A stretch of 64,000 nt of DNA, from assembly GCF_028641065.1 (NCBI RefSeq), contig NC_073402.1, forward strand, positions 28,396,001 through 28,460,000, written 5' to 3'. This DNA is from Leucoraja erinacea (Eukaryota). The translations under genes and the position numbers were made by a program. A model generated the notes under the pieces. It did not search any database and was not told where the DNA came from. It was given only the letters and a program-made list of their open reading frames with translations. Shown here in pieces: positions 21,101-33,200 of the stretch. Within the stretch, counting starts at the first letter, position 1. Each line of letters opens with the position of its first letter.

Positions 21101-24100
21101 AATCACATTGTCAGGTCTGGAGTCACATATATATGTCAGACATTGATTCAGAATGGCAACTGCTAGGTCAGTCATTTAATCACGATGCTACCATATCACA
21201 CTTACATAACATAGTACTGTATTTGCAGAGCAATTATTTTGTCACAACAAGTTGAAATCCACAGTTTACTCTCTGAACCTACTTTCTAAAGACGTTACTA
21301 ATACCTTAGTAAAGGGCCTGGATAGACTGGATATGGGAGGATGTTTGCACTAGAGGGAGAGTAAAGTCTAGGACCAGAGGCCGTAGTTTCAGAATAAAAA
21401 GACATACCTTTAGAAAGGAAATGAGGAGGAATTTCTTTAGCCAGAGGGTGGTGAATCTGTGGAATTCATTGCCTCAGAAGGCAGTGGAAGTCAAGCCAAT
21501 GGATATTTTTAAGGTGGAGATTGGTAAGTTCATGATTTGTACAGTTGTCAGTGGTTACAGGGAGATGGCAGAAGAATGGGGTTGAGAGGGAAAGATAGAT
21601 CAGATAGAACTTATCTACTTTTTATAAGCTATTTTTTTCAATTTTAATTAAAGATATTTGTGATTGTAAACTGAGCATCTGTTCACAGGTACTAAAGTCT
21701 ACTCTGCAATGGGAAATCATGACTTTCATCCAAAGAATCAATTTCCTGCTACCTATCATAGGATTTACAACAAAACAGCAGAACTCTGGACACCTTGGAT
21801 GAACCCTCAGTCTATCCTCAGGTTTAAGAAAGGTATGGATGGTAGGTCAAGACCACTCTCTAGTTGGCGATAGTTCAGTTGCCTGATAATGGTTGGGAAG
21901 AAACTGTCCCTAAATCTGGAGGTATGCTTTTTCACACTTCTTTACCTCTTGCCTATTGTCTATTGGGGTACTGATTGGGGATGATCAGCCATGATCACAT
22001 TGAATGGCGGTGCCGGCTCGAAGGGCCGAATGGCCTACTCCTGCTCTTATTGCCTATTGTCTATTGCCTGATAGAAGAGGGAAGAGAGGGGTGAGACTCA
22101 TCCTTTATTATGCTGGTGGTTTTGCTGAGGCAGTGTGAAATTTCGATGGAGTCAATGGATGGGAGGTTGGTTGGTGGATGGGAGGTTGTGACCTTGCACT
22201 AAACATTGTTCCCTTACACTGTAAAGGGCTCGAATGTAATCATGTATTGTCTTTCTGCTGACTGGATCGTACGCAACAAGAGCTTTTCACTGTACCTTGG
22301 ACCATAAACTAAACTGAACTGGCTTGTGTTATAGACTGGGCTCTGTGGTGTTCACTATCCTGGTCCATACTGCATGATCACAGGGCTGCCTTTTCTTTGG
22401 CCACAAAGAGTCCATTAGAATGGTAAGAGCCCACTGGTAAAAACACAAGAAACTGGATGCAATGCAAAATTAGAAAGAAACTAACAAAGGACGAGAACCA
22501 CATTTCTAAATGGCCCTCTTAACTGAACCGACCCCCGACGCATGTGGCAAGGCATCCAGGCCATCACAGACTATAGACCCACCAACACCACCCCCACATC
22601 CAGTGACAAATCCTTCCTTGAGGAGCTTAACCACTTCTATGGCCGCTTCGACAGGGACAATCTAGAGACAGCCATCAAGGCTGTGCTCCCTTGTGATCAC
22701 CAACCCCTCACACTCACCCCCTACGACGTGTACGTGGCACTGAGTAGGACTAATGCACGTAAGGCTGCTGGCCCTGACGGCATCCCCGGGCGCGTCCTCA
22801 GGGCCTGTGCTGCGCAGCTGACAGACGTCTGGACTGACATCTTCAACCTGTCACTTGCCCAAGCAGTTGTCCCCACGTGCCTTAAAACCACCTCCATCGT
22901 GCCAGTGCCAAAACACTCCACTGCGGCAAGCCTCAACGACTTCCGCCCAGTTGCACTTATCCCCATCATCACCAAGTGTTTCGAGAGGCTGGTCCTGGCA
23001 CACCTCAAAGGCTGCCTACCCCCCACACTGGATCCCTATCAGTTTGCCTACCGCAAGAATAGGAGTACGGAGGATGCCATCTCAACGGCACTTCACTCCG
23101 CCCTCTCCCACCTCGACAACAAAGACACTTACGTAAGAATGCTGTTCATCGATTACAGCTCAGCATTCAACACCATTATACCATCAAAACTGATCACCAA
23201 ACTCGGTAACCTGGGCATTGACCCCTCCCTCTGCAACTGGATACTGGAATTTCTAACCAACAGACCCCAGTCTGTTAGGTTAGACAAGCACACCTCTTCA
23301 ACCCTCACCCTGAACACCGGCGTTCCACAGGGCTGTGTGCTGAGCCCCCTCCTCTACTCCCTCTTCACCTACGACTGCACACCTGTACATGGTACTAACA
23401 CCATCATCAAGTATGCAGATGATACAACGGTGATTGGCCTCATCAGCAACAACGATGAGTCGGCCTATAGGGAGGAGATCCAGCACTTAGCAGCATGGTG
23501 CGCTGACAACAACCTGGCCCTTAACTCCAAGAAGACCAAGGAGCTCATTGTAGACTTCAGGAAGTCTAGGGGCGGCACGCACACCCCCATCGACATCAAC
23601 GGGACGGAGGTGGAAGGTGTTTCCAGCTTCAGGTTCCTGGGGGTCAACATCTCCGATGACCTCTCTTGGACCCACAATACCTCAACTCTGGTCAAGAAGG
23701 CTCACCAGTGTCTCTTCTTCCTGAGGATACTGAAGAAGGTCCATCTGTCTCCTCAGATCCTGGTGAACTTCTACCGCTGCACCATCGAGAGCATCCTTAC
23801 CAACTGTATCACAGTATGGTATGGCAACTGCTCTGTCTCCGACCGGAAAGCACTGCAGAGGGTGGTGAAAATTGCCCAACGCATCACCGGTTCCTCGCTC
23901 CCCTCCATTGAGTCTGTCCAAAGCAAGCGTTGTCTGCGAAGGGCGCTCAGCATCGCCAAGGACTTCTCTCACCCCAACCATGGACTGTTTACCCTCCTAC
24001 CATCCGGGAGGCGCTACAGGTCTCTCCGTTGCCGGACCAGCAGGTCGAGGAACAGCTTCTTCCCTGCGGCTGTGACACTACTCAACAATGTACCTCGGTG

Positions 24101-27100
24101 ACTGCCAATCACCCCCCCCGGACACTCCTCCCACAGGAAAAACACTATGACTGTATGCATGTAAATAGATTTATTTATTGAAATCAATAAATGTCGCTCT
24201 TCCAGGGAGATGCTAACTGCATTTCGTTGTCTCTCTACTGTATACTGACAATGACAATTAAAGTTGAATCTGAATCTGAATCTGAATCTTTTGATTGGCT
24301 TTAGGAGCTTTCTACACTGAGAAGCTGCTGAATCGAACAGACCAGCGTGTTATTGTCTTAAACACAAATCTGTACTACACCAGCAATAAGCTTCATCCTG
24401 GACTCCATGATCCCGCTGGTCAGCTCCAATGGCTTGATGAAATACTTTCAAAGGCAATAGCATCAAAAGAAAAAGTAAGTCATAGCTAATGTTTTGTTTC
24501 TGAGTTCAAATACCAAAGTGAATTATCTGTGTTTAAATGAATGAGTTGTCTCTTTAGCTCTCTTTCCTTTATTTTTTTTTAATCAAATCAAAATTAGTTA
24601 TAAGGTCATGGTTAGTAATTTTGCCATAATGCGAGAGATCTCTAAAGGAATCTTATGGGAGGGTGGGTGTGGCAGCAGTTCGATTTTTCCAGCATCTGCA
24701 GTTCTTTCTTAAGCAGTATATTTTCAAGTCAGATTGGTGTGTGACTTGGAAGGCAATCCATAGATGATGGTGTTCCCATGTGCATGTTGCCCTTGTCCTT
24801 CTTAGTGATGGAGTGCCAGGTCTGTGTGATTCTGTTGATGGCTTAGGCAAATGATTACAGTGCATTTTGTAGATGGTACACATTGTAATAGGTGCTGGAG
24901 GGAATAAATGTTTAAGATGGTGGATGATGTTCCAATTAAGTGTTCAATGGTGTCATATTTCTTTCGTGCTGTTGGAGCTGCACTCATCCAGGCAAATTCG
25001 GAGTATTCCATCAGGCACTTAAGTTCTGCTTGTGGGGGCTGGACATACTTTGGGGTGTCAGAAGTCGAGTCACTCACTGCAAGATAGCTGCAGTACCAAT
25101 GTAGATGATCTGCATGAGTTTCACTACACTGCGCGTTACTTGGGCAATGGGGCCAAACGTCCATGCACAAATGTTTGAATGCACGACACACTTTTTTAGT
25201 GTGATGAGGGCATTAGGTACCAGTCAGGGAAAGGAATAGTGGGATCCTGAAATCTTCCTAGGCTGACTATGACAGTTCCAGCATTGCCACAACTAAGAAC
25301 GTCCGACTCATCAATGTGTTTCACAGGGGAAAACGGTATTCCGAGCATTTTCTATGTTGTGTTTGAGGTTTTGAGTGTCAGCAGAATTTTGCCTGGGTAA
25401 AGCTCAGCAAAGATGGTTTAATAGGATCCTCAGGGGCAGAGCAAGTTTATTTTGAGCCAATTTCCTCATATTCCAGGGACCTGGGTGATGTCTGTGTGTG
25501 ATTAGCATATTCTCTTCAAGATCACATTGATTCCCTTCAGGTGCTTGGTTTTATCTCGCATCTCAAGATGTGCTGGTAGTCAGTTGTCTAAATACAGATA
25601 AAACCTTATTGTAGTCCTTTATTCTGTCCTGGGCCTCCTCCATTGTCAGAGTGAAGCCCAGTGCAAATTAGAGGAACAGCACCTCATATTTCACTTGGGT
25701 AGTTTACACCCCAGCGGTATGAACATTAACTTCAGATAGCCCTTGCTTTCTCTCTCCATCACCTCCCCTTTCCACTTCCCCCACTAGAATACTGTCTCCA
25801 ACCATTCTATCTTTGTCCCGTCCCCTCCCCTGAGATCAGTCTGAAGAAGGGTCTTGACCCGAAATGTCACCCATTCCGTCTCTCCAGAGATGCTGCCTGT
25901 CCCGCTGAGTTACTCCAGCATTTTGTGTCTACCTTCGATTTAAACCAGCACCTGTAGATCTTTCCTGTACAAACTGTATTGTAGGTTATTCCTAAAAATA
26001 ATCAAAATTATGTTGAAGGGCATGAATGAGAGAAAGTTGCAGGAAATAAGGAGATCGGCTTTTGGAAATTGGTGTGATTTGAATGGACTCATTCTTTGTC
26101 ATTATGAGTATAACCTGTTAAACTACATATGAAATGGTAATGTTATTGAGACCAGCTGAATATTATCCATATGTTCTCTACATATAGGTTTATATTATTG
26201 GTCATATACCACCAGGCTTTTTTGAAAAGAGGAGAGGAGTATCCTGGTTTCAAGAGGACTTCAATGAAAGATACATCAAAATTGTTCAAAAGTATCACAG
26301 TGTGATAGCTGGTCAGTTCTTTGGACATCACCATACTGACAGCTTCAGGATGTTCTATAGCAATTCAGGTAGTGAAATGTATATTTGTATCCCTTTCTTT
26401 CCTATAAACAGGTACCAGAATCAATTGATTAACACATACTAATTGATCAGGTTTAATATTTAAAATGTTTAAGAAGGAACTGCAGATGCTGGAATATCGA
26501 AGGTACACAAAAATGCTGGAGAAACTCAGCGGGTGCAGCAGCATCTATGGAGCGAAGGAAATAGGCAACGTTTCGGGCCGAAACCCTTCTTCAGACTGAT
26601 GGGGGGTGGGGGGCGGGGAGAAGAAAGGAAAAAGGAGGAGGAGGAGCCTGAGGGCTGATGGAGAGATAGGAAGGGGAGGAGACAGCAAGGGCTAACAAAA
26701 TTGGGAGAATTCAATGTTCATGCCCCCAAGATGCAGACTCCTAAAATGTTCTACAATGCCATTCAGCAAAGGATCAAGAATGGAGAATTCGGAGAAGTAA
26801 AGACCCAGATGATAAGATGTTTTTTTGAGACAGTTCATACAGAATGATGTCAATGGTGTTCAGGGAGAACATTCCAAAGACTATAAACTTTGCCACTAGT
26901 AGTACGACAATGGAAATGAGGTGGGGAGGTTTGGTGATGCAGAGGTTAAGGGGGAGTGGGGAGGCCAGAGCTGCATAGTAAAGGACCTTGCTATTGAGAA
27001 TATAGGAAACTACAGCTGTAAAGGAGTTTCAGAGATAGTAGTGAAAACATGTACATGCGTGAAGAGGAGTATAAGGAAAGGAGCAACGAGTAAAGGTTAA

Positions 27101-28118
27101 GAAATACAAATGTCCATTTCCTGACAAACAGTGTGATTTCACTTTTGAAAATCAAAGACGTTTGATAATGTGCCTTAAGTTTTGCAGCAGGTAAACGGAA
27201 TGTGATACTAAAATGTACATGTTTCTCTCAGGTTCTCCTTTAGGAGTTATGTTTATTGCACCTGGCATTACTCCATGGAAGACAACGTTACCCGGTGTAA
27301 AGAACGGAGCTAACAATCCAGGGATGCGATTATTTCAATATGACACAAAAACTTTGGAAATTAAGGTAAGAGGGATCCACACATGCTGCAATACATTTGA
27401 GAAGGTTCATATACTTGTGAATACTACAAGATGTTTAGGTGACATATCTAGCTGATCACTCAGCAGCTAAAACTGCTCTACTTTCAATATCAAAACGGTC
27501 AGACCAGCAGGTTAAATCTCATTCACTGTCTATGTAGGGTAAACTGCGTGTGCTGCAAATAAACTAGAACCCACAGAATGGGTAAATAACACCAACAATG
27601 TGCGATTTTTCATTTGTGCTATAAACCGGAGGCATTGCACCACACTATGTTTTAGTGGAATTGCGCATAGATACTGGCAATGAAACATCGAGCAAACATT
27701 TTAGTTATTCTCACCAATATTTGACATAGACTCACTCTAGCTTTTGACTTTCCTTCAGAATATGATGACATATTACTTCAATTTAAGCTATGCCAACACT
27801 GTGACTCCACTCTGGAAACAGGAATACAATTTAACAGGGGCGTTTGGAGTTCCAGATGGTACATTTCAATCTATGCAAATGGCACTGGATAAGCTGTGCG
27901 ATGATGATGAGTATCTGCAGAAATATTATAAATATAATTCTGTCAGTTATGATTTAAGCAAATGTGATGAGAACTGTAAAAATGATCAGATTTGTGCAAT
28001 CAAAGCAGTTGACTTTGTTCAATATAAGGAGTGTGTTCGAGGTGAGAGTTCTAATTGTGCTGCTACTTTGTCTATCATTCCATTACTGCTTATTTCTGTG
28101 TTGCCTCTTCAATTCTAA
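18103..28118 (+). CDS. SMPDL3B: Acid sphingomyelinase-like phosphodiesterase 3b, complete, 8 exons, 452 aa
   Basis: Exons 18103-18163 (signal-peptide-like [20 protein letters not shown], least certain), 19755-19965 (FWHITDLH...FILWTG), 20809-20906 (DDTPHV), 21689-21832 ([11 protein letters not shown]), 24305-24474 (LNTNLYY), 26188-26368 (GHIPPG...[10 protein letters not shown]), 27232-27365 ([16 protein letters not shown]), 27759-28118 (hydrophobic GPI-signal C-terminus). 1359 nt in frame; metallophosphoesterase motifs intact; syntenic between RPA2 and XKR8. Confidence 0.95.
18208..18900 (-). mobile_element. L2 LINE 3' fragment
   Basis: (ATT)n tail; decayed ORF2 end ([25 protein letters not shown]); homologous to 63400-64000. 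Confidence 0.75.
21310..21610 (+). mobile_element. CR1 LINE 3' fragment
   Basis: [20 protein letters not shown] motif. Confidence 0.7.
22527..24289 (+). mobile_element. 5'-truncated Rex1/Babar-type LINE in SMPDL3B intron 4
   Basis: Uninterrupted RT ORF, short 3' UTR with a hairpin, and (GAATCT)n tail. Confidence 0.9.
22542..24101 (+). CDS. Non-LTR reverse transcriptase (Rex1/Babar ORF2 C-terminal part; endonuclease missing)
   Basis: [54 protein letters not shown], and the Rex-type C-terminus [19 protein letters not shown]. Confidence 0.88.
   Translation: MWQGIQAITDYRPTNTTPTSSDKSFLEELNHFYGRFDRDNLETAIKAVLPCDHQPLTLTPYDVYVALSRTNARKAAGPDGIPGRVLRACAAQLTDVWTDIFNLSLAQAVVPTCLKTTSIVPVPKHSTAASLNDFRPVALIPIITKCFERLVLAHLKGCLPPTLDPYQFAYRKNRSTEDAISTALHSALSHLDNKDTYVRMLFIDYSSAFNTIIPSKLITKLGNLGIDPSLCNWILEFLTNRPQSVRLDKHTSSTLTLNTGVPQGCVLSPLLYSLFTYDCTPVHGTNTIIKYADDTTVIGLISNNDESAYREEIQHLAAWCADNNLALNSKKTKELIVDFRKSRGGTHTPIDINGTEVEGVSSFRFLGVNISDDLSWTHNTSTLVKKAHQCLFFLRILKKVHLSPQILVNFYRCTIESILTNCITVWYGNCSVSDRKALQRVVKIAQRITGSSLPSIESVQSKRCLRRALSIAKDFSHPNHGLFTLLPSGRRYRSLRCRTSRSRNSFFPAAVTLLNNVPR
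25622..25970 (+). mobile_element. Penelope-like element 3' end: GIY-YIG C-terminus plus pLTR with hammerhead
   Basis: Translates [37 protein letters not shown], followed by a pyrimidine-rich UTR and core CTGAAGAAGGGTCTTGACCCGAAATGTC (25841-25868). Confidence 0.8.
26466..26740 (-). mobile_element. Penelope-like element 3' end with intact hammerhead core
   Basis: Minus strand encodes [15 protein letters not shown], then core CTGAAGAAGGGTTTCGGCCCGAAACGTT (26567-26594); TAAAATGTT repeated at both ends. Confidence 0.8.
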
Positions 28119-28341
28119 TCAAGTCAAGTCAAGTTTATTTGTCACATACACATACGAGATGTGCAGTGAAATGAAACTGGCAATGCTCGCGGACTTTTGT
28201 GCAAAAGACAAACAACAAAACAACCAAACAAATTATAAACACAGAACTTAGAAATAAGTTAAAAAGGAACATAAAAGTTAAAAACACACACAATTTTCGC
28301 GGAGCTGCCACAACGGCGACTGGACAGGGCCGCGCCATTTT
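28119..28341 (-). mobile_element. Short non-coding retroposon with Rex-like tail, immediately after the SMPDL3B stop codon
   Basis: Head AAAATGGCGCGG; tail TTTCACTGCACAT-CTCGT-ATGTGTATGTGACAAATAAA(CTTGA)n; near-identical tail fragment at 47378-47510. Confidence 0.65.
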
Positions 28342-30270
28342 TTTTAATTTTTTTTTTCCAGCAATACATATATTCACCTGAATAAGGATTATAAGAATGG
28401 TTGCCAACCAGCATAAGGGAAAACTAGCTTGTGGTAAAGCAATGGTATGGCCTATAAAGTAAGAAGGGATTACCAAAGGGATTTAGACAAATCATGAAAC
28501 TGGCCATCTAGTTCTCATCATTTGAACATCGTCAGTCTCCTGGATGTGCCTCAGGATTTTAGCTGCAAGTAAAGGATCAAAATCATTCTGATGATTCAGG
28601 AGAAATTGTCAAATGCTTAAGTCACCAATCACCTTATTGTCAATGTTACTTGGATTCTCTTTATTGTATCTTTTTTTAAAAACCTGATGTACACCATGAT
28701 GATATGGACACTAATTTCAACAGATTTTTTATTAAAAATTCTTTGATACTTCTTTTTGGTTTGTCGTGAATTGGATGAACAAAACAATTATATACACACA
28801 GCATGGTCAATTGGACCTATAAGCTAGAGACTGTGCCAACAATCAAACAACCATTTTCACTGATCTCATTTGATCCTTCTTACCTTACCTCCAAGTCTCT
28901 CCAAATTCCATCATTCACTTAAACTCAATGGTGCAATATACAGTGGCCAATTAATATACCAACTTGTACACCCTTGGGGTGTGTGAGGAAAACAGAACGT
29001 CTGGATGAATCCCACATATTCACAGGGAGAATACACAAAATCCATGCAGGCAGCACCGGAGATCAGGAATGAACCCAGGTTCGCAGAGCTGTGAAGCAGT
29101 GGATCTAGTAGTTATGCTACTATAGTTTACAGCTGATAGATGAGCTAATGAAAGAGAACCTGCACAGATTTATCAGAGATAACCCATGTATGACCACCAA
29201 ATGAATTTTGTGGGGTCAAGGAAAGAGCGTTCTCATCGCGACCCTGTTTCCACCAATCTTTCCACCGCTATGCACAAAAAGCACAAGACACCATTGTACG
29301 CAGATGTCGAGCTCTGGCTGAACGATTTTTAATCTTGTGATGTCTCGACAAGAAGAATTGAATTTTGTGATAATGGCTTTGCAGTAAATGATGTCTACAT
29401 TGGAAGTGCTTTATACAGTTAGATATAGATTCACACAAAAGTAAGGGGAAAGTTGCAAATCAAGGCCGCCACAGAAAATACAAAGCAAAATAAGAGAAGT
29501 GCACAATGTACAGAAAGGGACCAAGAAAAGAGTAGTAGGACATAGTGAAAAAGTTGATCCTGAGGTTCCTCTTAAATCTTTCCCCTCACACCTTAAGCCT
29601 GTGTCCTCTAGTTTTTAGAACCATCTGCCCTAAGAATAGGACAGTGAGCATTCACTTTATCCTTGTTTAATGCCCCCCCCTCCCCTCCCCTCTCTCTCTG
29701 TCATAGTAAAGGGTATTAATTATCATGGAAAGTTGCAACCAATTCATTGAAGGGTGGGGTAACATCCTTCCTTTCAACAACTGTGTGTACCAAACGGGAA
29801 ACATTAATTTGTACTCCAACCGCAGGCAGCAATGTGTAGGGGGTGGGGTGAGTTTTAGAAGAATTCCATTGCTCTGTCTTTGAGCCGTTCGATTGAGAAC
29901 ATCATTGGAAAAACCCTGAACTAGCGAGTTAAGAGATAAATGTGGCATTAAAAGTCACTGAGACTCCGAGCAAGAGGTTTCTCATTAGGCGAGGCAAAGA
30001 ACACTAGAGGGTGCCACTGAAGGGAGCACTGGCGATGTGTCCACTCTTGCCTGCTTGTGCGTTTTCTCTATAAATATTATACAATTAAAAGAGGGAAGTT
30101 CCTTGAAGACCACAGAGAGTAAAGTTAGACAAAATGTAGTGCGGGGCGGGGGGGGGGGACAAAAGTGAGCAGCAACGACGCAAAAACCAACCAACGTGTG
30201 CTGGGGAGGAGCAAATGTTTCAAAGAGAAGTGAGGGACCAGCGGCAACGTAAACTTTTTCCAGCACAAAG

Positions 30271-33200
30271 ATGTTCCCGGCCGATGAGATCCGCTTCTCT
30301 GTCCTCGACTTGGTCTTTATCTGGCTGGGTCTGGGCACTTTCCTCCTGGACCTCGGGACAGATGCCTGGGTCGCATTCTCCTTCTACTGGTCTGGAGATT
30401 ATTTTTGGGGCAGCGCCGTGTTGGTCTTGGTGTTTTTGTGCTCGGCGGTGGTGCAGCTGTTCAGCTGGTTTTGGTTTGCTGGCGATCGGCAGCAACTGGA
30501 GAGTTATTCCAACTCCGGACGCCTGCCAAAGTTGAAAGTCACCCCGGGAGACCGCGTCCTGGGCCTGTTGCACTGGCTACAGCTGGGATTCCTGGTCAGG
30601 TCAGTAAATGGTGAAGCTGGAGGCAGTGAAAAGTTGGGCGTCAACGCAACGGCACATGTGACAATTCAACACTGACAAACAAGCAGAAGTTTGAATTGTT
30701 GATTCAGAGTCAGAAGTTTGTGATCGATGGCAGAGAAATTCCATTAACGAACATTTTAGTAACATTATTAATGAGTGAGGTGGTTGATAAACCCAGCATG
30801 GCCGGTTCTTAACTCTCCTCTCAAGTTCATCAAAGATACAATGAATGTTGATCAACGATCTGTGAGATAATTAAACTAAAATCAAAATGTAAATAGAGAC
30901 AGAAAAAAATGCACATTAATATATCCAAGGATACATTTCACGATGGTTGGCAACATTGTGGTTACATTTCCTTTGGCAGCTGATACTAATGTATCTATTC
31001 TACATTTTCCTTGAACATCATCTCTTTTGATGTCTCGTTCTCACAACTTAGCCTTCCTTATCTCTGTCTCCCTCTCCCCTGACTCTCAGTCTGAAGAAGG
31101 GTCTCGACCTGAAATATCACCCATTCTTTCCATCCAGAGATGCTGCCTGTCCCACTAAGTTAGTCCAGCATTTTGTGTCTATCTGTAGTGTAAACCAGCA
31201 TCTGCAGTTCCTACACACACCACATATACATATAATGTATTATATAAATAATTTTTTTTTTCCACACAAACACACACATATAATNNNNNNNNNNNNNNNN
31301 NNNNNNNNNNNNNNNNNNNNNNNNNNNNNNNNNNNNNNNNNNNNNNNNNNNNNNNNNNNNNNNNNNNNNNNNNNNNNNNNNNNNNNNNNNNNNNNNNNNN
31401 NNNNNNNNNNNNNNNNNNNNNNNNNNNNNNNNNNNNNNNNNNNNNNNNNNNNNNNNNNNNNNNNNNNNNNNNNNNNNNNNNNNNNNNNNNNNNNNNNNNN
31501 NNNCATGTAAGCTCTGAGCTACATAGAGCAGGCATTGGTTTTGTTAAGTCACACTATTATTCTTTGTGTGACCAAGGTGGCTTTCCTCATGTATATGCTT
31601 TATGAAACAATGTGTTGTTATTTTTAACATTTGTGTTTTGCTCCATCAGGTACATAACAGCGTTGGAGCTGGGCTTCCGTGTGTACAAAGAAAAAGAAAC
31701 TATGGGCTTGCAGTACGCCATTTACCTGGCCTGTGATATCAGCATGTTACGACTTTTCGAGAGCATTTTTGAAAGTGCTCCACAACTCACACTGATGCTC
31801 TACATCATCATGCAGAAGAATCAAGTGGAGATTCACCAGTGTAAGTGCAGAGCTAGCTGGGTTATTTACCAGCAACAAACCACCTGCTGGAGGAACCCAG
31901 CCTGTCGGGCTTTGGTAAGGGTGTCAGAGTTTATGGGGAGATGGCAGGAGAATGGTGTTGAGATAGATCGAGATAGATTGAATGGACATGATGGGCCCAA
32001 TGGCCTAATTCTGCTCCCATTACTTATAAGTGTCTGTGGATGGAAACAAAATGACAAAAAGAACTATTGACAACTGTATTTCGCTTATCCTTTACAAAGA
32101 TAAAGTTAAGATTACAAAGGTCTCAGAGGCACTTCATATAATGAGAAGGGTCCTGACCCAACAAGTCACCTATCTATGTTCTCTAGGGATGCTGCCTGAC
32201 CCGCTCAGTTACTCCAGCATGTTGTCTGTTTTTCCTTGGTAAACCAGCATCTGCAGTTACTTGTTTCTACTTCAAATGACGATATTCCCTTTGCCTATGG
32301 ATTTTCAAAGGGGCCAGTGAACAAACTAATGGTAAACAAAGTGGTGAAGATAGAAAGCTTCTGTGAACCAATTTGTATTACAGAGACGGATAAAGTAGAA
32401 GATATTCCAATTGCATGGACCGGAATTTCTATCCACACTGGAAAGGAAGGAGGGTGAACGGCTTTTGACTTGGACCTCCATGCAGAGAGCTAAGCTTCTG
32501 AGGAGCGTCCTGTCTTCAAGAATCATTCAAAATCAGCTTGGTTCTGTAATGAAATATTTCAACAGCTGCTCCTCGACCTACGATGGGGTTACGTTCCGAT
32601 AAACCCATCATAAATCGAAAATATCGTAAGTCGAAGCATCGTAAATCGGGGAGCATCTGTTTATCTTTCACAATAGAACTAATGTGGTTATTTTCTAGGG
32701 GCTGTCACAGTGGTTAGTTCTGTGGTGCCATTTCTTCGCTCAAGCGACTGACCTACACATGAATTCCTTGAAATATGCCCTGTCGGTCGTTTATTGACCT
32801 GTGACACATCACAGCAAAAGCCACTCTGCGCGCACATAGTTGCCAACCATCCAAGAGTCGCTGACTGATCATCTTCAGATAATTTTCAACCTTCCTCCAT
32901 CAAAATGGAGAATTAAAAGACAAGTTTGTTAGCTAATTGGCTTGGCAGGATGGATTTATAAATGTGTGGGATAGTGTTTGTGTACATGTTGTTTTCTGGT
33001 CAGCACGGACCTGGCAGGCCGAAGGGCCTGTTTCCGCACTATAAACAAAATATTAAAAATATGCAATCTGCATATTTAGATCTTTTTTTCTTCCTTGACT
33101 GCTAGGAGCTGTCACAATAAATATCAAAACTAAATGTCACAAGAACTTGAATAAAATCTGTATCCAGTCACCTTTATTTATAGTATTTAAGAAGGATCTG

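Noticed and set aside
23700-23830. ALKBH8-N / DUF1891-like host domain
   Set aside because: This segment is the normal C-terminal part of Rex1/Babar RT ORFs, a common mis-annotation
30220-30573. Antisense ORF over XKR8 exon 1, and similar shadows over pol and Rex RT
   Set aside because: Shadow ORFs of GC-rich coding sequence
31175-31535. ORFs of 88-118 aa
   Set aside because: Artefacts of the N gap
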